A stretch of 64,000 bases of DNA from an uncultured Gemmatimonadales bacterium (GTDB lineage Bacteria > Gemmatimonadota > Gemmatimonadetes > Gemmatimonadales > GWC2-71-9), in assembly GCA_963842945.1 (NCBI GenBank), contig CAWJIM010000021.1, positions 256,001 to 320,000 of the forward strand. The letters run 5' to 3'. The notes below the pieces were generated by a model. That model was not told the DNA's origin, ran no database searches, and saw only the letters and a program-made list of their open reading frames with translations. Position numbers and translations under genes: made by a program. Shown here one piece after another: positions 1 to 10,951 of the stretch. The first letter of the stretch is position 1, and each line of letters begins with the position of its first letter.

Positions 1-437
1 GGCTGCAGGCTTTGCCGACCGGGTCATGGCCCGGGTGATCGTACCCGATCCTTTCGCTATCCGCTCTCTCCAAGCCACTCGCCGCCGCCTCTTTTCCACT
101 CCAAAATCCTTTGCCGCTGCCGCCGGGTTCGCGCTGGTCGCTCCTGGGCTCCATGGTCGGGAGCGTGGTCTGGTCGCTGGGCCATCAGGAGACGCTCGCC
201 GCGCTGGGCTCGTGGCTGTTTGCCCAGGGGGGACAAGCGGTATGGCTCGGGGTCCAGGGGCTGGCGTCCAATCTGCTGGAGCAACCCTGGTACGGTGGAC
301 TCAAATCGCTGGCGGACAATCCGGGACGGTTGGCTCTGTTCTCCGCCCTGGGATCGTTCGCGTATCTGAGCGGGTTGATCGCGTTGCGTCGCCTCCTGGC
401 TGCCCCGACCCAGCAGGTGGCCCATGTCGGCCTGTAA
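1..437 (+). CDS. Anti-sigma-factor-like membrane protein (5'-truncated, frameshift near 140)
   Basis: Frame 2 reads AAGFADRVMARV..., a motif typical just after the zinc finger of anti-sigma factors. It continues into ORF 111..437 with hydrophobic helices, and its stop overlaps the next start. Confidence 0.5.
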
Positions 438-1706
438 GCGCCTCCTCGGAATCCTCGCGCTTCTCAGCGTCGCCAAGGGTCACCCGCTCCGTGCTGAAAT
501 CCCGGTGGATGGGATCACCAGTCGCGCGGCCGACCTGGTAGATCACATGCGAGGGCTGATCACCGGTTTTACCAGGCCCGAACGACGGCACCAGGCTCAG
601 TCGCGCGTTCACCCTCAGGAGATCGCCACCGGTGGAACTACGGTGGATCTCAGCAATCTCACTCAGCCAACTCTGATCGAGGATCGACTCGGTTCCGCGC
701 TGAACCAGTCCAGCGGTGCGCTCAGGATCACTATTCCGAGCGGCGGGGCCCGTCGGGGGGACTTCAGCCTGGGCTCCTCCGAAACTCGAAGCGGGCATCT
801 TCTCGTGCTGGATGGAACCGCCGATATCTACGGTCATCTGAACGGGAATCTGGTGACGGTCAGAGGAGATGTAGTGGTTCACCCCGGCGGGGTGGTCGGT
901 GGTGATGTGCTGACGCTGGGAGGACGAGTTCGAGACGAGGGCGGCGAGATCGGCGGTGAGGTCCGGACCCTCCGGTCCACTACCCTTCTCTCCCCGGCCG
1001 CTCGGCCTGAGCCGGCGCCGCTGAGCGCCTGGCAGAGTGTTCTGCGCCGAACCGCCGGCGTGCTGGGCGTCTTTCTGGCGCTGACGCTGCTGGGGTTTGG
1101 TCTGGTCATGTTCGGGCGACAGAATCTGGAGATCGTATCGGACACGGTCTCGCATTCCTTCGGTCGCGCCTTTGTTACCGGCCTTCTGGGCCAGATCCTG
1201 CTGCTCCCTACCTTCGGCATGCTCGTAGTGGGATTGATTCTCAGCGTGGCCGGCATTCTTCTGCTCCCCTTCGCGGTCGCCGTTTTCGCCCTGCTGGTGG
1301 TGATTGGAGTTGTCGGCGGGTACCTGGCGGTGGCGCACGCCATGGGGGAGACCTACACCCGGCGGCGGATGGCCTTGGGTACCTTGGTCGGGTCTCCCAA
1401 CAGCTACCGATATCTGCTGGTTGGACTGATCGCTTTGAGCAGTCTGTGGGTGGCCTGGGCCCTATTTCGGCTGGGTGCCCGTTGCGGGAAGCAATCGTGT
1501 GGGGTGCCGCGTTCTTCGCCAGCTGGCTCCTGGGTACCGCTGGATTCGGGGCGGCACTGCTCAGCCGGGCCGGCATCAAGGAGAATTTCGCCGGACGACT
1601 GCTGCCACCAGAAGCGCTTACCGACGAATACCTGTGGGCTACGCCGCAGTTCGGGGTGCCCGCGGGCCGTAAGCCGGGAACCCGAACGCCTTCGCGCGGG
1701 CTTTGA
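424..1706 (+). CDS. Polymer-forming cytoskeletal (bactofilin-like beta-helix) membrane protein, frameshift near 1470
   Basis: Signal peptide, G-x-V-x-G-D-V repeats (GHLNGNLVTVRGDVVVHPGGVVGGDVLTLGG), then several TM helices. The natural C-terminus is in ORF 1446..1706, so the 708-aa track ORF is a frameshift fusion. Confidence 0.7.
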
Positions 1707-1707
1707 G

Positions 1708-2550
1708 ATGGGGCGGAGCACAGCGGTCTTAGGCATGATGCTCTGGGCCGGCCTGGCCCAGGCTCAGACCATGCGCCCTTTCGAAACCTTCCGGCAGAAT
1801 CACGGCGAGACCCGGCTGGGCGCGCGGGTGGAGTACGCTGCGGGAAGCCTGCGACTGGTGCCGGGCCAGGCGGACGAGCTCTATCGAATGGAGCTGTCCT
1901 ACGATGAGGACCGCTACGTTCCGGTCAGTGACTTCAACAACCAGACCGGGGCCGTGTTGCTGGGCCTCAAACCGGCAGGTCAGGGAGGTGTGCGGGTGGT
2001 CTCCCGCAGTCAGCTGAGCCAGCAAGCCACCGTGGCGCTCTCGCCCGCCGTCGACCTGAGCCTCGACCTGACCTTGGGAGCGGTGAACGCCGATGTGGAG
2101 CTCGGAGGTCTCCGGATCAACAATCTTCATCTGAAAACCGGCGCCAGTAGGACCATACTTCGTTTTTCCCAGCCCAACGCGGTGCGTTGCGAGCTGGCGG
2201 CGATCAGTGCTGGTGCAGCCGAGGTGTCCCTTTTGGGACTGGGCAACAGCCGATGCGATGAAGTGGAGTTCGAAGGCGGCATGGGACGCGTCCTGCTCGA
2301 TTTCGCCGGCCAATGGACCGCGAGCTCCCGGGTCGAGGTCAAGATGGCCATGGGAGAGCTCACCTTGCGACTCCCCAGGCGCATCGGGCTTCAGATCACC
2401 ATGGACAAGTTCCTCTCCAGCTTCGAGGCCGCCGGGTTGACCCGGCGGGGGAACGCCTTCCAATCGTCCAACTACCAGAGCAGCACGCGGCACCTCGATC
2501 TGGATCTCACCACGGCAATGGGTGGGGTGAATGTGGAGTGGGTGGACTAG
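1708..2550 (+). CDS. Secreted LiaF/DUF2154-like (toast-rack beta-solenoid) protein
   Basis: ATG at 1708 follows TGA 1704-1706; signal peptide MGRSTAVLGMMLWAGLAQA; repeated L-x-L-x-x-G-A/M-G motifs. Confidence 0.65.
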   Translation: MGRSTAVLGMMLWAGLAQAQTMRPFETFRQNHGETRLGARVEYAAGSLRLVPGQADELYRMELSYDEDRYVPVSDFNNQTGAVLLGLKPAGQGGVRVVSRSQLSQQATVALSPAVDLSLDLTLGAVNADVELGGLRINNLHLKTGASRTILRFSQPNAVRCELAAISAGAAEVSLLGLGNSRCDEVEFEGGMGRVLLDFAGQWTASSRVEVKMAMGELTLRLPRRIGLQITMDKFLSSFEAAGLTRRGNAFQSSNYQSSTRHLDLDLTTAMGGVNVEWVD

Positions 2551-2559
2551 ATTGCGTGC

Positions 2560-3181
2560 ATGTCGCCGCTGGAAACCCTCGGCTTTGCGCTCGGCACCTC
2601 CTTCGCTTCGGGGCTGAACCTTTACGCCACGGTAGCAGCCGCGGGATTATTCCAGCGATTCGGAATCATTCAGCTCCCCGATAGCCTTCACGTACTCGCG
2701 AGTCCCGTCGTCCTGGGAATCGCGATCGTGCTGTTCGTCATCGAGTTCATCGCCGACAAGATCCCGTACTTCGACAGCGCGTGGGACGCCGTGCACACCT
2801 TCATTCGTCCCCCGGCGGCGGCCCTCATCTCCTATAGCGCCTTTGGCCCCGTGCCCGAGGAATGGAAAATCACGGCGGCGCTGCTGGCCGGCGGAGTGGC
2901 GCTGACCTCTCACGGTGCCAAGGCCACCACTCGCGCCGCGGCTAATACCAGCCCGGAACCGATCAGTAACTGGACCCTCAGCGCTCTGGAGGATGGCCTG
3001 GCCGTCTTCCTGGCCTGGATGGCCGCGTGAGCACCCGATTCTGACGGCAGCGATCGTGGTTGTGCTGGTGATTCTTTCGGTGCTGTTGATCTGGAAGCTG
3101 GTTGGCTACGTGCGGGTGCTGCGCGACAGGGTACGGGCATGGAAGACGAGACCGGCCGGTCCGCCCGGGAGCCCCACGTAG
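2560..3181 (+). CDS. DUF4126 family membrane protein (frameshift near 3027)
   Basis: SGLNLYA, EFIADKIPYFDSAWDAVHTFIRP, SPEPISNW..S..ED motifs; C-terminus EHPILTAAIVV... lies in ORF 2915..3181. Confidence 0.85.
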
Positions 3182-3185
3182 CGCC

Positions 3186-3944
3186 TCAGTCGAGTCTGGC
3201 CCGAACCCTCCCTCCCATTCCGACCCCAAGTCGCCGCGCCGCCGAGCCATCACGTACGGCGATCTCGATCACCCCTCCCGATCCGACGTAGGCCAAGAGG
3301 CTTCCGGTCGCCACGTCGTTGTAGGTTTGCTTGAGGGGGCCGATCTCCAGCTCGTCTATCTCGACTTTCGCGTGCGACGGCACCAGGTCGGCGGTGAGGT
3401 TGGTGATCAGACTGCCGAAGCGGTCGACGTATACCACCTCTCCTACCACCGCTCCCTTCTCCCGATGCGGCGGAGTGTAGGCCAGCCGCCGAGGAATGCC
3501 GGCGAACCTGTGCCCCAGCGTGGTCAGGGCGGCGCCCGTCGCCAGCGCGGCCGCGGCGGGAGCGAATAGGTCCCGGCCATGAAAGGTCCTCGACACTCTT
3601 GCCGGGACCTCGAGTTCGACCGCCTCGACCTCGGCGTCGTGCAGCACCGGGGTGAACACCCCGTTGTCGGGGCCCACGAACCGGTGTCCATGTACACTGA
3701 GGGCCAGCGCGGCGCGCGAGCTGCCAACGCCGGGATCTACCACGACGAGATGGATTGTCCCCCTGGGAAAGCGGTGCCAGGTACGCCCCAGAACGTAGGC
3801 GGCAGATCGAATGTCTCCAGGAGCGGTCTCGTGCGTCACATCGATCAGGGTGGCGCCAGGAGCACCACTGAGAAGGACGCCCTTCACTTCGGCGACGTAG
3901 GAATCAGCGGTGCCGAAGTCGGTCAGGAGGGTGATGAACGTCAT
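3186..3944 (-). CDS. SAM hydroxide adenosyltransferase (DUF62, chlorinase/fluorinase superfamily)
   Basis: ITLLTDFG, VVDPGVGSSR, GPDNG, TFHGRDLFAP, VDRFG motifs. Confidence 0.9.
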   Translation of the reverse strand: MTFITLLTDFGTADSYVAEVKGVLLSGAPGATLIDVTHETAPGDIRSAAYVLGRTWHRFPRGTIHLVVVDPGVGSSRAALALSVHGHRFVGPDNGVFTPVLHDAEVEAVELEVPARVSRTFHGRDLFAPAAAALATGAALTTLGHRFAGIPRRLAYTPPHREKGAVVGEVVYVDRFGSLITNLTADLVPSHAKVEIDELEIGPLKQTYNDVATGSLLAYVGSGGVIEIAVRDGSAARRLGVGMGGRVRARLD

Positions 3945-3990
3945 ACCAGGGAGCGAGCGTGAGGTGCGTGGCGACCGTTTCCGGCGTTCC

Positions 3991-5103
3991 TCACCCTCTC
4001 AAGATGGGCAGCGCCATGCTCCGGCCCGCGGTCTTTCGCTGCAGCTGCTCGGCGATATCCCGCAGAGTCTGAGCGGCGGGGCTCTCAGGCTGGGCAATCA
4101 GGATGGGCTGACCCTCGTCCGCTAAAGCGGCCAGCTGGGGCTGCAGGGGAACGCTGCCAAGCAGTGGAGCCGAAATCTCTTCGGCCAGCCGCTGGCCCCC
4201 GCCCGAGGAGAAGAGCTCGAACCTGCGGCCGGTTTCGGGATCGGTGAACCCGCTCATATTCTCGACCACGCCGATTACCGGAACGCCGACCCGCTCGAAC
4301 ATCTTGGCGCCCCGAAGCGCGTCGCCCACCGCGACCTCCTGGGGCGTGGTGACGATCAGCGCGCCGGCGACGTGCGTGGCCTGAACCAGGGAGAGCTGGG
4401 CGTCGCCGGTGCCGGGAGGGAGGTCGACGATTAAATAGTCCAGCTGGCCCCACTCTACATCCTGAAGAAACTGATTCACGATTTTCATGATGATGGGACC
4501 GCGCCAGATGGCGGGAGCATCCCGCTCCACCAGAAAGCCCAAGGACATGAGCTTCACGCCGTAGGCGTCGAGCGGCTGGATTTTCCCTCCCAGCACGGGC
4601 GGGCGATCGAACACGCCAAACATTCGCGGAATGTTCGGCCCGTAGACGTCTGCGTCCATCAGTCCGACCTGAAGGCCTGCCTGGGTCAAAGCGATGGCCA
4701 GGTTAACCGCGACGGTGGACTTGCCGACCCCACCCTTGCCGGAGGAGATCGCGATGATCTTTCCCAGATTGGGCTGCTCGGCCGGCTGCGGTGCCGCTGG
4801 TCCGGTTGGAGCCCCAGCTGCCGCCGGGGGCCCGTGCGTGGCCTGGGCAGGGCCGGCCGGATTGGTCACGTTGATCTTGATCTCGTCCTTCCGCACACCC
4901 TCGACCGCGGCAACCGCGGTCCGAGCGGCCCGCACCAGGGTGGCAGGATCCTCGGGAGCCAGCAGGAAGGTGAACGTTACCCGACCCTCGTCGGTCACCG
5001 TCAGATCGCGGATCATCCCGGCCGAGAGCAGATCGTTCTCCAAGCGAGGGTTCTGAATCCGGGCGAGCGCCGCCGTGACTCGGGCCTCGAGGGAATCGCT
5101 CAC
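3991..5103 (-). CDS. mrp: Mrp/NBP35 (ApbC) Fe-S cluster carrier ATPase with N-terminal DUF59 domain
   Basis: SGKGGVGKST, DADVYGPNIP, WRGP, DLPPGTGD, VTTPQ, ENMS motifs. Confidence 0.92.
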   Translation of the reverse strand: MSDSLEARVTAALARIQNPRLENDLLSAGMIRDLTVTDEGRVTFTFLLAPEDPATLVRAARTAVAAVEGVRKDEIKINVTNPAGPAQATHGPPAAAGAPTGPAAPQPAEQPNLGKIIAISSGKGGVGKSTVAVNLAIALTQAGLQVGLMDADVYGPNIPRMFGVFDRPPVLGGKIQPLDAYGVKLMSLGFLVERDAPAIWRGPIIMKIVNQFLQDVEWGQLDYLIVDLPPGTGDAQLSLVQATHVAGALIVTTPQEVAVGDALRGAKMFERVGVPVIGVVENMSGFTDPETGRRFELFSSGGGQRLAEEISAPLLGSVPLQPQLAALADEGQPILIAQPESPAAQTLRDIAEQLQRKTAGRSMALPILRG

Positions 5104-5106
5104 GGA

Positions 5107-5337
5107 CTAGACCGCCTCCACGTGCTTGACTTCCGGCACCATCTCCCGGAGACGGGCCTCGATGCCTTGCCTCAAGGTAACAGTCGAGGCGGAGCAACCG
5201 TGGCAGGTTCCTCCGAGGCGCAGCAGCAGGATCCCGTCCTGCTCATCGAAGTCCACGACCTCGACCCGCCCCCGGTGCGACGCGATGTAGGGCCGAAGGG
5301 TGTCCAGGGTCCGCTCGATGCGATCGATGGTGTCCAT
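5107..5337 (-). CDS. NifU C-terminal (Nfu) domain protein
   Basis: LRPYIASHRG..., GTCHGC..S..TL..GIE motif. Confidence 0.9.
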   Translation of the reverse strand: MDTIDRIERTLDTLRPYIASHRGRVEVVDFDEQDGILLLRLGGTCHGCSASTVTLRQGIEARLREMVPEVKHVEAV

Positions 5338-5409
5338 GGTTCAAATATAGTGGGAGTCGTCGGCCGCAGTATAGTCGTCAGAGTCACAGTAAGCCTCACG
5401 ACGCTGTCA

Positions 5410-6444
5410 CTAGAGACGACTCGCGACTCTCCGATTCGCCCCCAGATACTCCCGCGCGGCCTTGAGCACCGTATCCTGCACCTCCGCCAGCGATCCGCTC
5501 AACGAGAGGCCGGCGGCTTTCGTATGTCCCCCGCCACCATAAGCCTTCGCAAAGGCGGCGACATCGACGTCGCCCACCGATCGGAGCGAGACCTTGACTC
5601 GCCTCTGGGCAATTTCGCGGAAGAGGAGCGCCATGCGCACGCCCTCGATCGAGCGAGGAAACTCGACCACCCCATCCAGGTCGTCCGATGAGACCCCGTA
5701 GCGCTCGATCGAGCCCGGCGGGACCGTTACCCAGGCCAACCCGTACTCAGGCTCTACCACCAGGGTTTGCAGCGCCTCAGCGAACAGGCGAGGCCGGCCT
5801 TCAGGCGCCCGGGCGTACACCTCGAGGTAGATCTGTTCCGGGTCCACTCCGAGCTCCAGCAGGTCGGCTGCGATCCTCAGGGTGTGAGGCCGGGTGTTGC
5901 TGAACCGGAACCCCCCGGTGTCGGTGAGCAGCGCGACATAGAGCGCGCGGGCGACCGCCTGGGATATCGGCCAATCGTTTGCCCGGGCAATCTCGAAGAT
6001 CAGCTCGCCGGTGGCCGCGGCATCCGGATCCACGTAGCGCGGACCGGCCGGAAGCACCCCGGCGCTCACGTGATGGTCCACGCACGCGACGGGAACGCCG
6101 CGCTGCTTGACCGTATCGCTCAGCATGCCGAGCCGGGCGAGATCCGAGATGTCGAGGACGATGATCAGATCCGCCCGGCGCAGCTCCTTCACCGCCTCGG
6201 ATGTCTTGTCGACTCCGGGGATGTCGCGGAAGAGGAACCCGAACCGGGGCGGAGTCGGGGTAGGGTTCGTGATGATGGCATCGATGTTCTGGGCCCGGAG
6301 GAGGTGAACCAGAGCCACCTCGCTGCCCAGACCATCGCCATCCGGGTTGACATGGGTGGTGATGCAAACGCGCTGGCCGGCCCGGAGCGCACCGGCAAAC
6401 GATGCAGCCCAGGCGGCCTTCTCGGGGGACAGCAATAGCGGCAT
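5410..6444 (-). CDS. nrnA: DHH/DHHA1 bifunctional oligoribonuclease/PAP phosphatase
   Basis: HVNPDGDGLGS, DHH, TDTGGF, SLRS, GGGH motifs. Confidence 0.88.
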   Translation of the reverse strand: MPLLLSPEKAAWAASFAGALRAGQRVCITTHVNPDGDGLGSEVALVHLLRAQNIDAIITNPTPTPPRFGFLFRDIPGVDKTSEAVKELRRADLIIVLDISDLARLGMLSDTVKQRGVPVACVDHHVSAGVLPAGPRYVDPDAAATGELIFEIARANDWPISQAVARALYVALLTDTGGFRFSNTRPHTLRIAADLLELGVDPEQIYLEVYARAPEGRPRLFAEALQTLVVEPEYGLAWVTVPPGSIERYGVSSDDLDGVVEFPRSIEGVRMALLFREIAQRRVKVSLRSVGDVDVAAFAKAYGGGGHTKAAGLSLSGSLAEVQDTVLKAAREYLGANRRVASRL

Positions 6445-6483
6445 TTCCAATACTAACCGCAGACAACCACCGGCGCGAAACGC

Positions 6484-7932
6484 TTACGTGTCGGCGCCGG
6501 CTGCCAGCCGGGAATGCGACCGGCTATAGAAGAAGTAGATGGCCAATCCAATCACCAGCCAGATCAGGAGCCGGAGCCAGGTCTCCTTGTCCAGATAGGC
6601 CATGAGATAGGCGGAGGACAGCGCGCCCATCGGGGCCACGAACCAGACCATCGGAGTCTTGAACGGCCGCGGCAGGTTGGGCTCGCGAATCCTCAGCACC
6701 AGCACCCCACAACACACGATCACGAACGCCAGCAGGGTTCCGATCGACACCAGCTTGGCCGCGTCCCGGACGGGCAGAATGGCTGCCGGGATCGATACGC
6801 CCAGTCCGGTCACGATGGACGTGATATAGGGAGTGCGAAATCGGGGGTGAACCCGCCGAATGAACGGAGGGAGTAGTCCGTCGCGCGACATCGAATAGAA
6901 GATGCGGGATTGCCCCAACAGCTGGACCAGAATGACCGAGGTGAGTCCGGCGATCGCTCCAATCTTGATGAACGCGCCAAAGAATCCGAGGCCGGTATAA
7001 TCCGCCACTTTAGCGATCGGGGCGGGGACGTCCAGGTCGGCATAGGGGACAATACCTGTTGCGATGGCAGACACCACGATGTACAGAACGGTACACGCGA
7101 TCAGCGATCCGATGATGGCGATCGGCATGTCCCGCTGCGGATTCTTGGCCTCCTGCGCCGCGGTGGTGACCGAATCAAATCCGATATACGCGAAGAACAC
7201 GATTGCAGCGCCGGCCACGACGCCACTGAATCCGAAGTGCTCCCGCGCCCCGGTGTTGGGCGGGATGAACGGGTGCCAGTTATCCGGGTTCACGTGCGGA
7301 GCTGCCAGGGCGATGAAGAGCAGGACTACGGCCACCTTGATCAGAACGATGCCGTTGTTCACCGAGGCCGACTCCTTGATTCCCACCACCAGCAGCGTCG
7401 TGATCACCGCGATGATGAACACCGCCGGCAGATTCAGCAACGCGGTCACCTGGCTGCCATCGGCCAGGGTTACCACCGTGCCCCGGGCGGCCTGCCAGTG
7501 GGCCGGGATGTGAATCCCGACCCCATCCAGAAACGAGACCATGTAACCCGACCAGCCGATGGCCACCGTTGTTGCGGCGAGAGCGTATTCCAGCACGAGG
7601 TCCCACCCGATGATCCAGGCGATGAACTCGCCCAGGGTGGCATATCCGTAGGTGTAGGCGCTGCCCGACATCGGAACCAGCGAGGCGAACTCGCTGTAGC
7701 ACAGGGCGGCAAAGATGGAAGCGACCCCCGCCAGCACAAATGAAAGGACCACCGCAGGCCCCGCATTCTGGGCGGCTACGGTTCCGGTCAACACGAAAAT
7801 TCCGGTACCGATGATGGCGCCGACCCCGAGTGCCGTCAGGTTCACCACTCCGAGCGCTCGTTTGAGACTATGGTCTGCCGCCGCTTCTGCCTGGAGTGCT
7901 GTTACGCTCTTGCGTCGGAAGAGGCCGTTCAC
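6484..7932 (-). CDS. APC-family amino acid permease (cationic amino acid transporter-like)
   Basis: GAIIGTGIF, SGSAYTY, GWDLVLEY, FFAYIGFD, EAKNPQRDMP; about 12 TM helices. Confidence 0.93.
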   Translation of the reverse strand: MNGLFRRKSVTALQAEAAADHSLKRALGVVNLTALGVGAIIGTGIFVLTGTVAAQNAGPAVVLSFVLAGVASIFAALCYSEFASLVPMSGSAYTYGYATLGEFIAWIIGWDLVLEYALAATTVAIGWSGYMVSFLDGVGIHIPAHWQAARGTVVTLADGSQVTALLNLPAVFIIAVITTLLVVGIKESASVNNGIVLIKVAVVLLFIALAAPHVNPDNWHPFIPPNTGAREHFGFSGVVAGAAIVFFAYIGFDSVTTAAQEAKNPQRDMPIAIIGSLIACTVLYIVVSAIATGIVPYADLDVPAPIAKVADYTGLGFFGAFIKIGAIAGLTSVILVQLLGQSRIFYSMSRDGLLPPFIRRVHPRFRTPYITSIVTGLGVSIPAAILPVRDAAKLVSIGTLLAFVIVCCGVLVLRIREPNLPRPFKTPMVWFVAPMGALSSAYLMAYLDKETWLRLLIWLVIGLAIYFFYSRSHSRLAAGADT

Positions 7933-9440
7933 GCCGATTTCCTCACTGTCTGGGCATCCCGCTCACGCTGGAGCACGCTGTGTTTGCGCCCGTAGCCGAA
8001 GTAGATCACGAAACCGATCAGCAACCATACCAGGAGCCGGAGCCAGGTGTCCCCCGGCAGAGTGGCCATCAGACCAAGGCACGCGAGCACTCCCAGGATT
8101 GGCACCAGAGGTACCAGCGGCGTACGGAAGGGCCGGTCGAGATCCGGACGTTTCCGCCGCAGTATCCAGACGCCCAGACAGACCAGCACGAAAGCGAGAA
8201 GGGTCCCGATGTTGACCAGTTCGCCCAGGATCTGAATGGGGAACGTGCCGGTAATCACGGCGACGATGAGTCCCACATAGATGGTGGAGAGATACGGGGT
8301 GCGGAATCGGGGGTGCACTTTCCCGCCCCAGGGACCGATCAGTCCATCGCGGGACATGGAGTAGAAGACGCGGGACTGTCCCAGCAGCATGACGAGTACC
8401 ACCGATCCCAGGCCCAGCACCGCCCCCAGCGTGATGAAGGGACGAAGCCAGGAGAGCTGGCTCACATGCTCCACGGCGAACGCCACCGGGTGGGCTACGT
8501 TCAGCTGATCGTAGCGGACCAGGCCGGTCAGGGTCAGCGACACCAGCACGTACAGCGCGGTACAAACGCCAAGCGAGCCCAGAATGCCCACCGGCATGTC
8601 ACGCTGAGGGTTCTTGGCCTCCTGCGCGGCCGTGCTTACCGCGTCGAATCCGATGTAGGCGAAGAAGATCAGACCGGCTCCCCGAAAGACTCCGCTCCAG
8701 CCGAACTCGCCGAAGACCCCGGTGTTCGGGGGAATGAACGGTTTCCAGTTTTCGGGGTTGACGTGTTGCAATCCGAAGATGATGAACAGCAATACCACCG
8801 CGATCTTCAGTATGACGATCAGATTGTTGACCTTGGCCGACTCCCTGATGCCAACGACGAGGATGGTGGTGGCAATCAGGACAATGATGACGGCGGGCAG
8901 GTTGAAGAGTGAGCCGGTGCGGTTCCAACCCTCCTGAGCACAGGCCGCCACGGCATTGGTGACGTCCGCCGCGCTGCACCAGCGAAGGGGAGCGGAGGTA
9001 ACGGCCGTGGGGAGATGGAGCCCGAAGTAGTCAAGAAAGCTGACAAAATATCCGGACCAGCCCACCCCGACGGTCGCGGCGCCCATGGCGTACTCCAGCA
9101 CCAGATCCCATCCAATGATCCAGGCGACGAACTCGCCCATGGTGGCATACGAGTAGGTGTACGCGCTGCCGGCCACAGGTACCGTGCTGGCCATTTCGGC
9201 GTAGCAGAGACCGGCGAGGCCGCAGGCAATGGCCGCCACGACGAACGAGAGTGGCACAGCAGGTCCGGCATGGAGTGCCGCCGCCAGGCCGGTCAGCACA
9301 AAAATTCCGGCACCGATAATAGCCCCGATGCCCAGCATGGTGAGATTCATCGCGGTGAGCGCACGCTTCAGCGAGCGCTCATTGGTCGACTCGGCTTCAG
9401 CTCGGAGTGCCGCGATCGATTTCGTGGCCCATAAATTCAT
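7929..9440 (-). CDS. APC-family amino acid permease (tandem paralogue)
   Basis: Same motifs as the neighbour; stop overlaps its GTG start. Confidence 0.93.
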   Translation of the reverse strand: MNLWATKSIAALRAEAESTNERSLKRALTAMNLTMLGIGAIIGAGIFVLTGLAAALHAGPAVPLSFVVAAIACGLAGLCYAEMASTVPVAGSAYTYSYATMGEFVAWIIGWDLVLEYAMGAATVGVGWSGYFVSFLDYFGLHLPTAVTSAPLRWCSAADVTNAVAACAQEGWNRTGSLFNLPAVIIVLIATTILVVGIRESAKVNNLIVILKIAVVLLFIIFGLQHVNPENWKPFIPPNTGVFGEFGWSGVFRGAGLIFFAYIGFDAVSTAAQEAKNPQRDMPVGILGSLGVCTALYVLVSLTLTGLVRYDQLNVAHPVAFAVEHVSQLSWLRPFITLGAVLGLGSVVLVMLLGQSRVFYSMSRDGLIGPWGGKVHPRFRTPYLSTIYVGLIVAVITGTFPIQILGELVNIGTLLAFVLVCLGVWILRRKRPDLDRPFRTPLVPLVPILGVLACLGLMATLPGDTWLRLLVWLLIGFVIYFGYGRKHSVLQRERDAQTVRKSA

Positions 9441-9493
9441 ACGACGGTCACCTCGGATAGATGATACGTCGAGCAGGATACTCGGGGTTTCTG

Positions 9494-10951
9494 CTAGGCG
9501 CTGTAATTCGGGGCTTCCCGCGTGATCGTCACGTCATGCGGGTGTGATTCTCTGAGTCCGGCGCTGGTAACCTGAAGCATCTCCACGTCACACTGAAGCT
9601 GCGGAATGCTGCCTACGCCACAGTAGCCCATCCCGCTCCGCAGTCCTCCAACCATCTGATACAGCACGTCGGCCACTGGTCCCTTATAGGGGACTCGGCC
9701 CTCGATGCCCTCGGGCACCATCTTGGACGCGGCCATCTCTCCTTCCTGGAAATACCGGTCGGCCGATCCGTCCTGCATGGCCGAGAGGCTTCCCATGCCC
9801 CGGATCATCTTGAACCGCCGGCCCTCGGCCAGAACCGACTCGCCCGGACTCTCTTCGGTTCCGGCCAGCATGGACCCCATCATGACTGACGACGCTCCAG
9901 CGGCCAATGCTTTGACGACATCTCCCGAGTACTTGACCCCGCCGTCAGCGATGATGGGAACATCATCGGCTCCGCGTAGTGAATCGAGAATGGCCGTCAC
10001 CTGGGGCACGCCTACTCCGGTGACCACTCTGGTGGTGCAGATACTCCCGGGCCCGATGCCGACTTTGACCGCGTCCACCCCCCGGCGAACCAGCTCCCGG
10101 GCTCCGGTCTCGGTGGCCACGTTGCCCGCAACGAGCTGGACTTCGGGGAAGGCTTCGCGCAACTGGTCCACCGTGCTGAGAACGCCTTCGCTATGACCGT
10201 GCGCGGAGTCGACGACGATCACATCGACGCCGGCACCCACCAGACTGCGGGCGCGCGGAATGGCATCGGGTCCCCCGCTCACCGCCCCGGCTACCCGGAG
10301 ACGGCCGTGCTGGTCCTTGTTGGCGTTGGGATGTTCCCGCCGCTTGAAAATGTCCTTCACCGTGATGAGGCCTTTGAGTACGCCCTGTGCATCCACCACA
10401 GGCAGCTTCTCGATCCGGTGCTTGGCCAGAATCCGCTCCGCTTCATCCAGCCCGGTGCCGACCGGGACGGTGACCAGTTTGTCCTTGGTCATGACAGCGC
10501 GAAGGGGCTGCTCGAGATTGCTCTCGAACTGCAGGTCGCGGTTGGTGATGATGCCGACCAGCCGCCCCTGGCCGTCCACGATGGGCACTCCCGAGATCCG
10601 GAAGCGCCGCATCAGCGCCATGGCTTCTTTCAGGAGGCGGTCGGGGCCGAGCGTGATCGGGTTCATGATCATCCCGCTCTCGCTTCGCTTTACCCGATCC
10701 ACCTCGGCGGCCTGCCGCTCGATGGTCATGTTCTTGTGCAGGACACCGATGCCGCCGGCCCGGGCCATGGCGATCGCCATCTCAGCCTCGGTAACCGTAT
10801 CCATGGCGGCCGAGACGAGCGGGATGTTGAGGGAGATGGTGCGGGTCAGGCGAGTGACGGTCGAGACTTCACGCGGGTGGACGGTGGAGTGCCGGGGAAC
10901 CAGCAGCACGTCGTCGAATGTGAGGCCAAGCTTGGGCCGGATCACACTCAT
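9494..10951 (-). CDS. guaB: IMP dehydrogenase
   Basis: [18 protein letters not shown] pair, catalytic [23 protein letters not shown]. Confidence 0.98.
   Translation of the reverse strand: MSVIRPKLGLTFDDVLLVPRHSTVHPREVSTVTRLTRTISLNIPLVSAAMDTVTEAEMAIAMARAGGIGVLHKNMTIERQAAEVDRVKRSESGMIMNPITLGPDRLLKEAMALMRRFRISGVPIVDGQGRLVGIITNRDLQFESNLEQPLRAVMTKDKLVTVPVGTGLDEAERILAKHRIEKLPVVDAQGVLKGLITVKDIFKRREHPNANKDQHGRLRVAGAVSGGPDAIPRARSLVGAGVDVIVVDSAHGHSEGVLSTVDQLREAFPEVQLVAGNVATETGARELVRRGVDAVKVGIGPGSICTTRVVTGVGVPQVTAILDSLRGADDVPIIADGGVKYSGDVVKALAAGASSVMMGSMLAGTEESPGESVLAEGRRFKMIRGMGSLSAMQDGSADRYFQEGEMAASKMVPEGIEGRVPYKGPVADVLYQMVGGLRSGMGYCGVGSIPQLQCDVEMLQVTSAGLRESHPHDVTITREAPNYSA

Noticed and set aside
424..2550. 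708-aa bactofilin-LiaF fusion in the ORF track
   Set aside because: A frameshift near 1470 bridges two genes; the proper C-terminus ends at 1706 and a new signal peptide starts at 1708.
3020..3035. TGA read-through or recoding in the DUF4126 gene
   Set aside because: The continuation is in a different frame, so a one-base insertion explains it.
3186..3944. Fluorinase or chlorinase
   Set aside because: Length (252 aa), the TFHGRD motif and housekeeping context fit the common DUF62 hydroxide adenosyltransferase; no halometabolite cluster is nearby.
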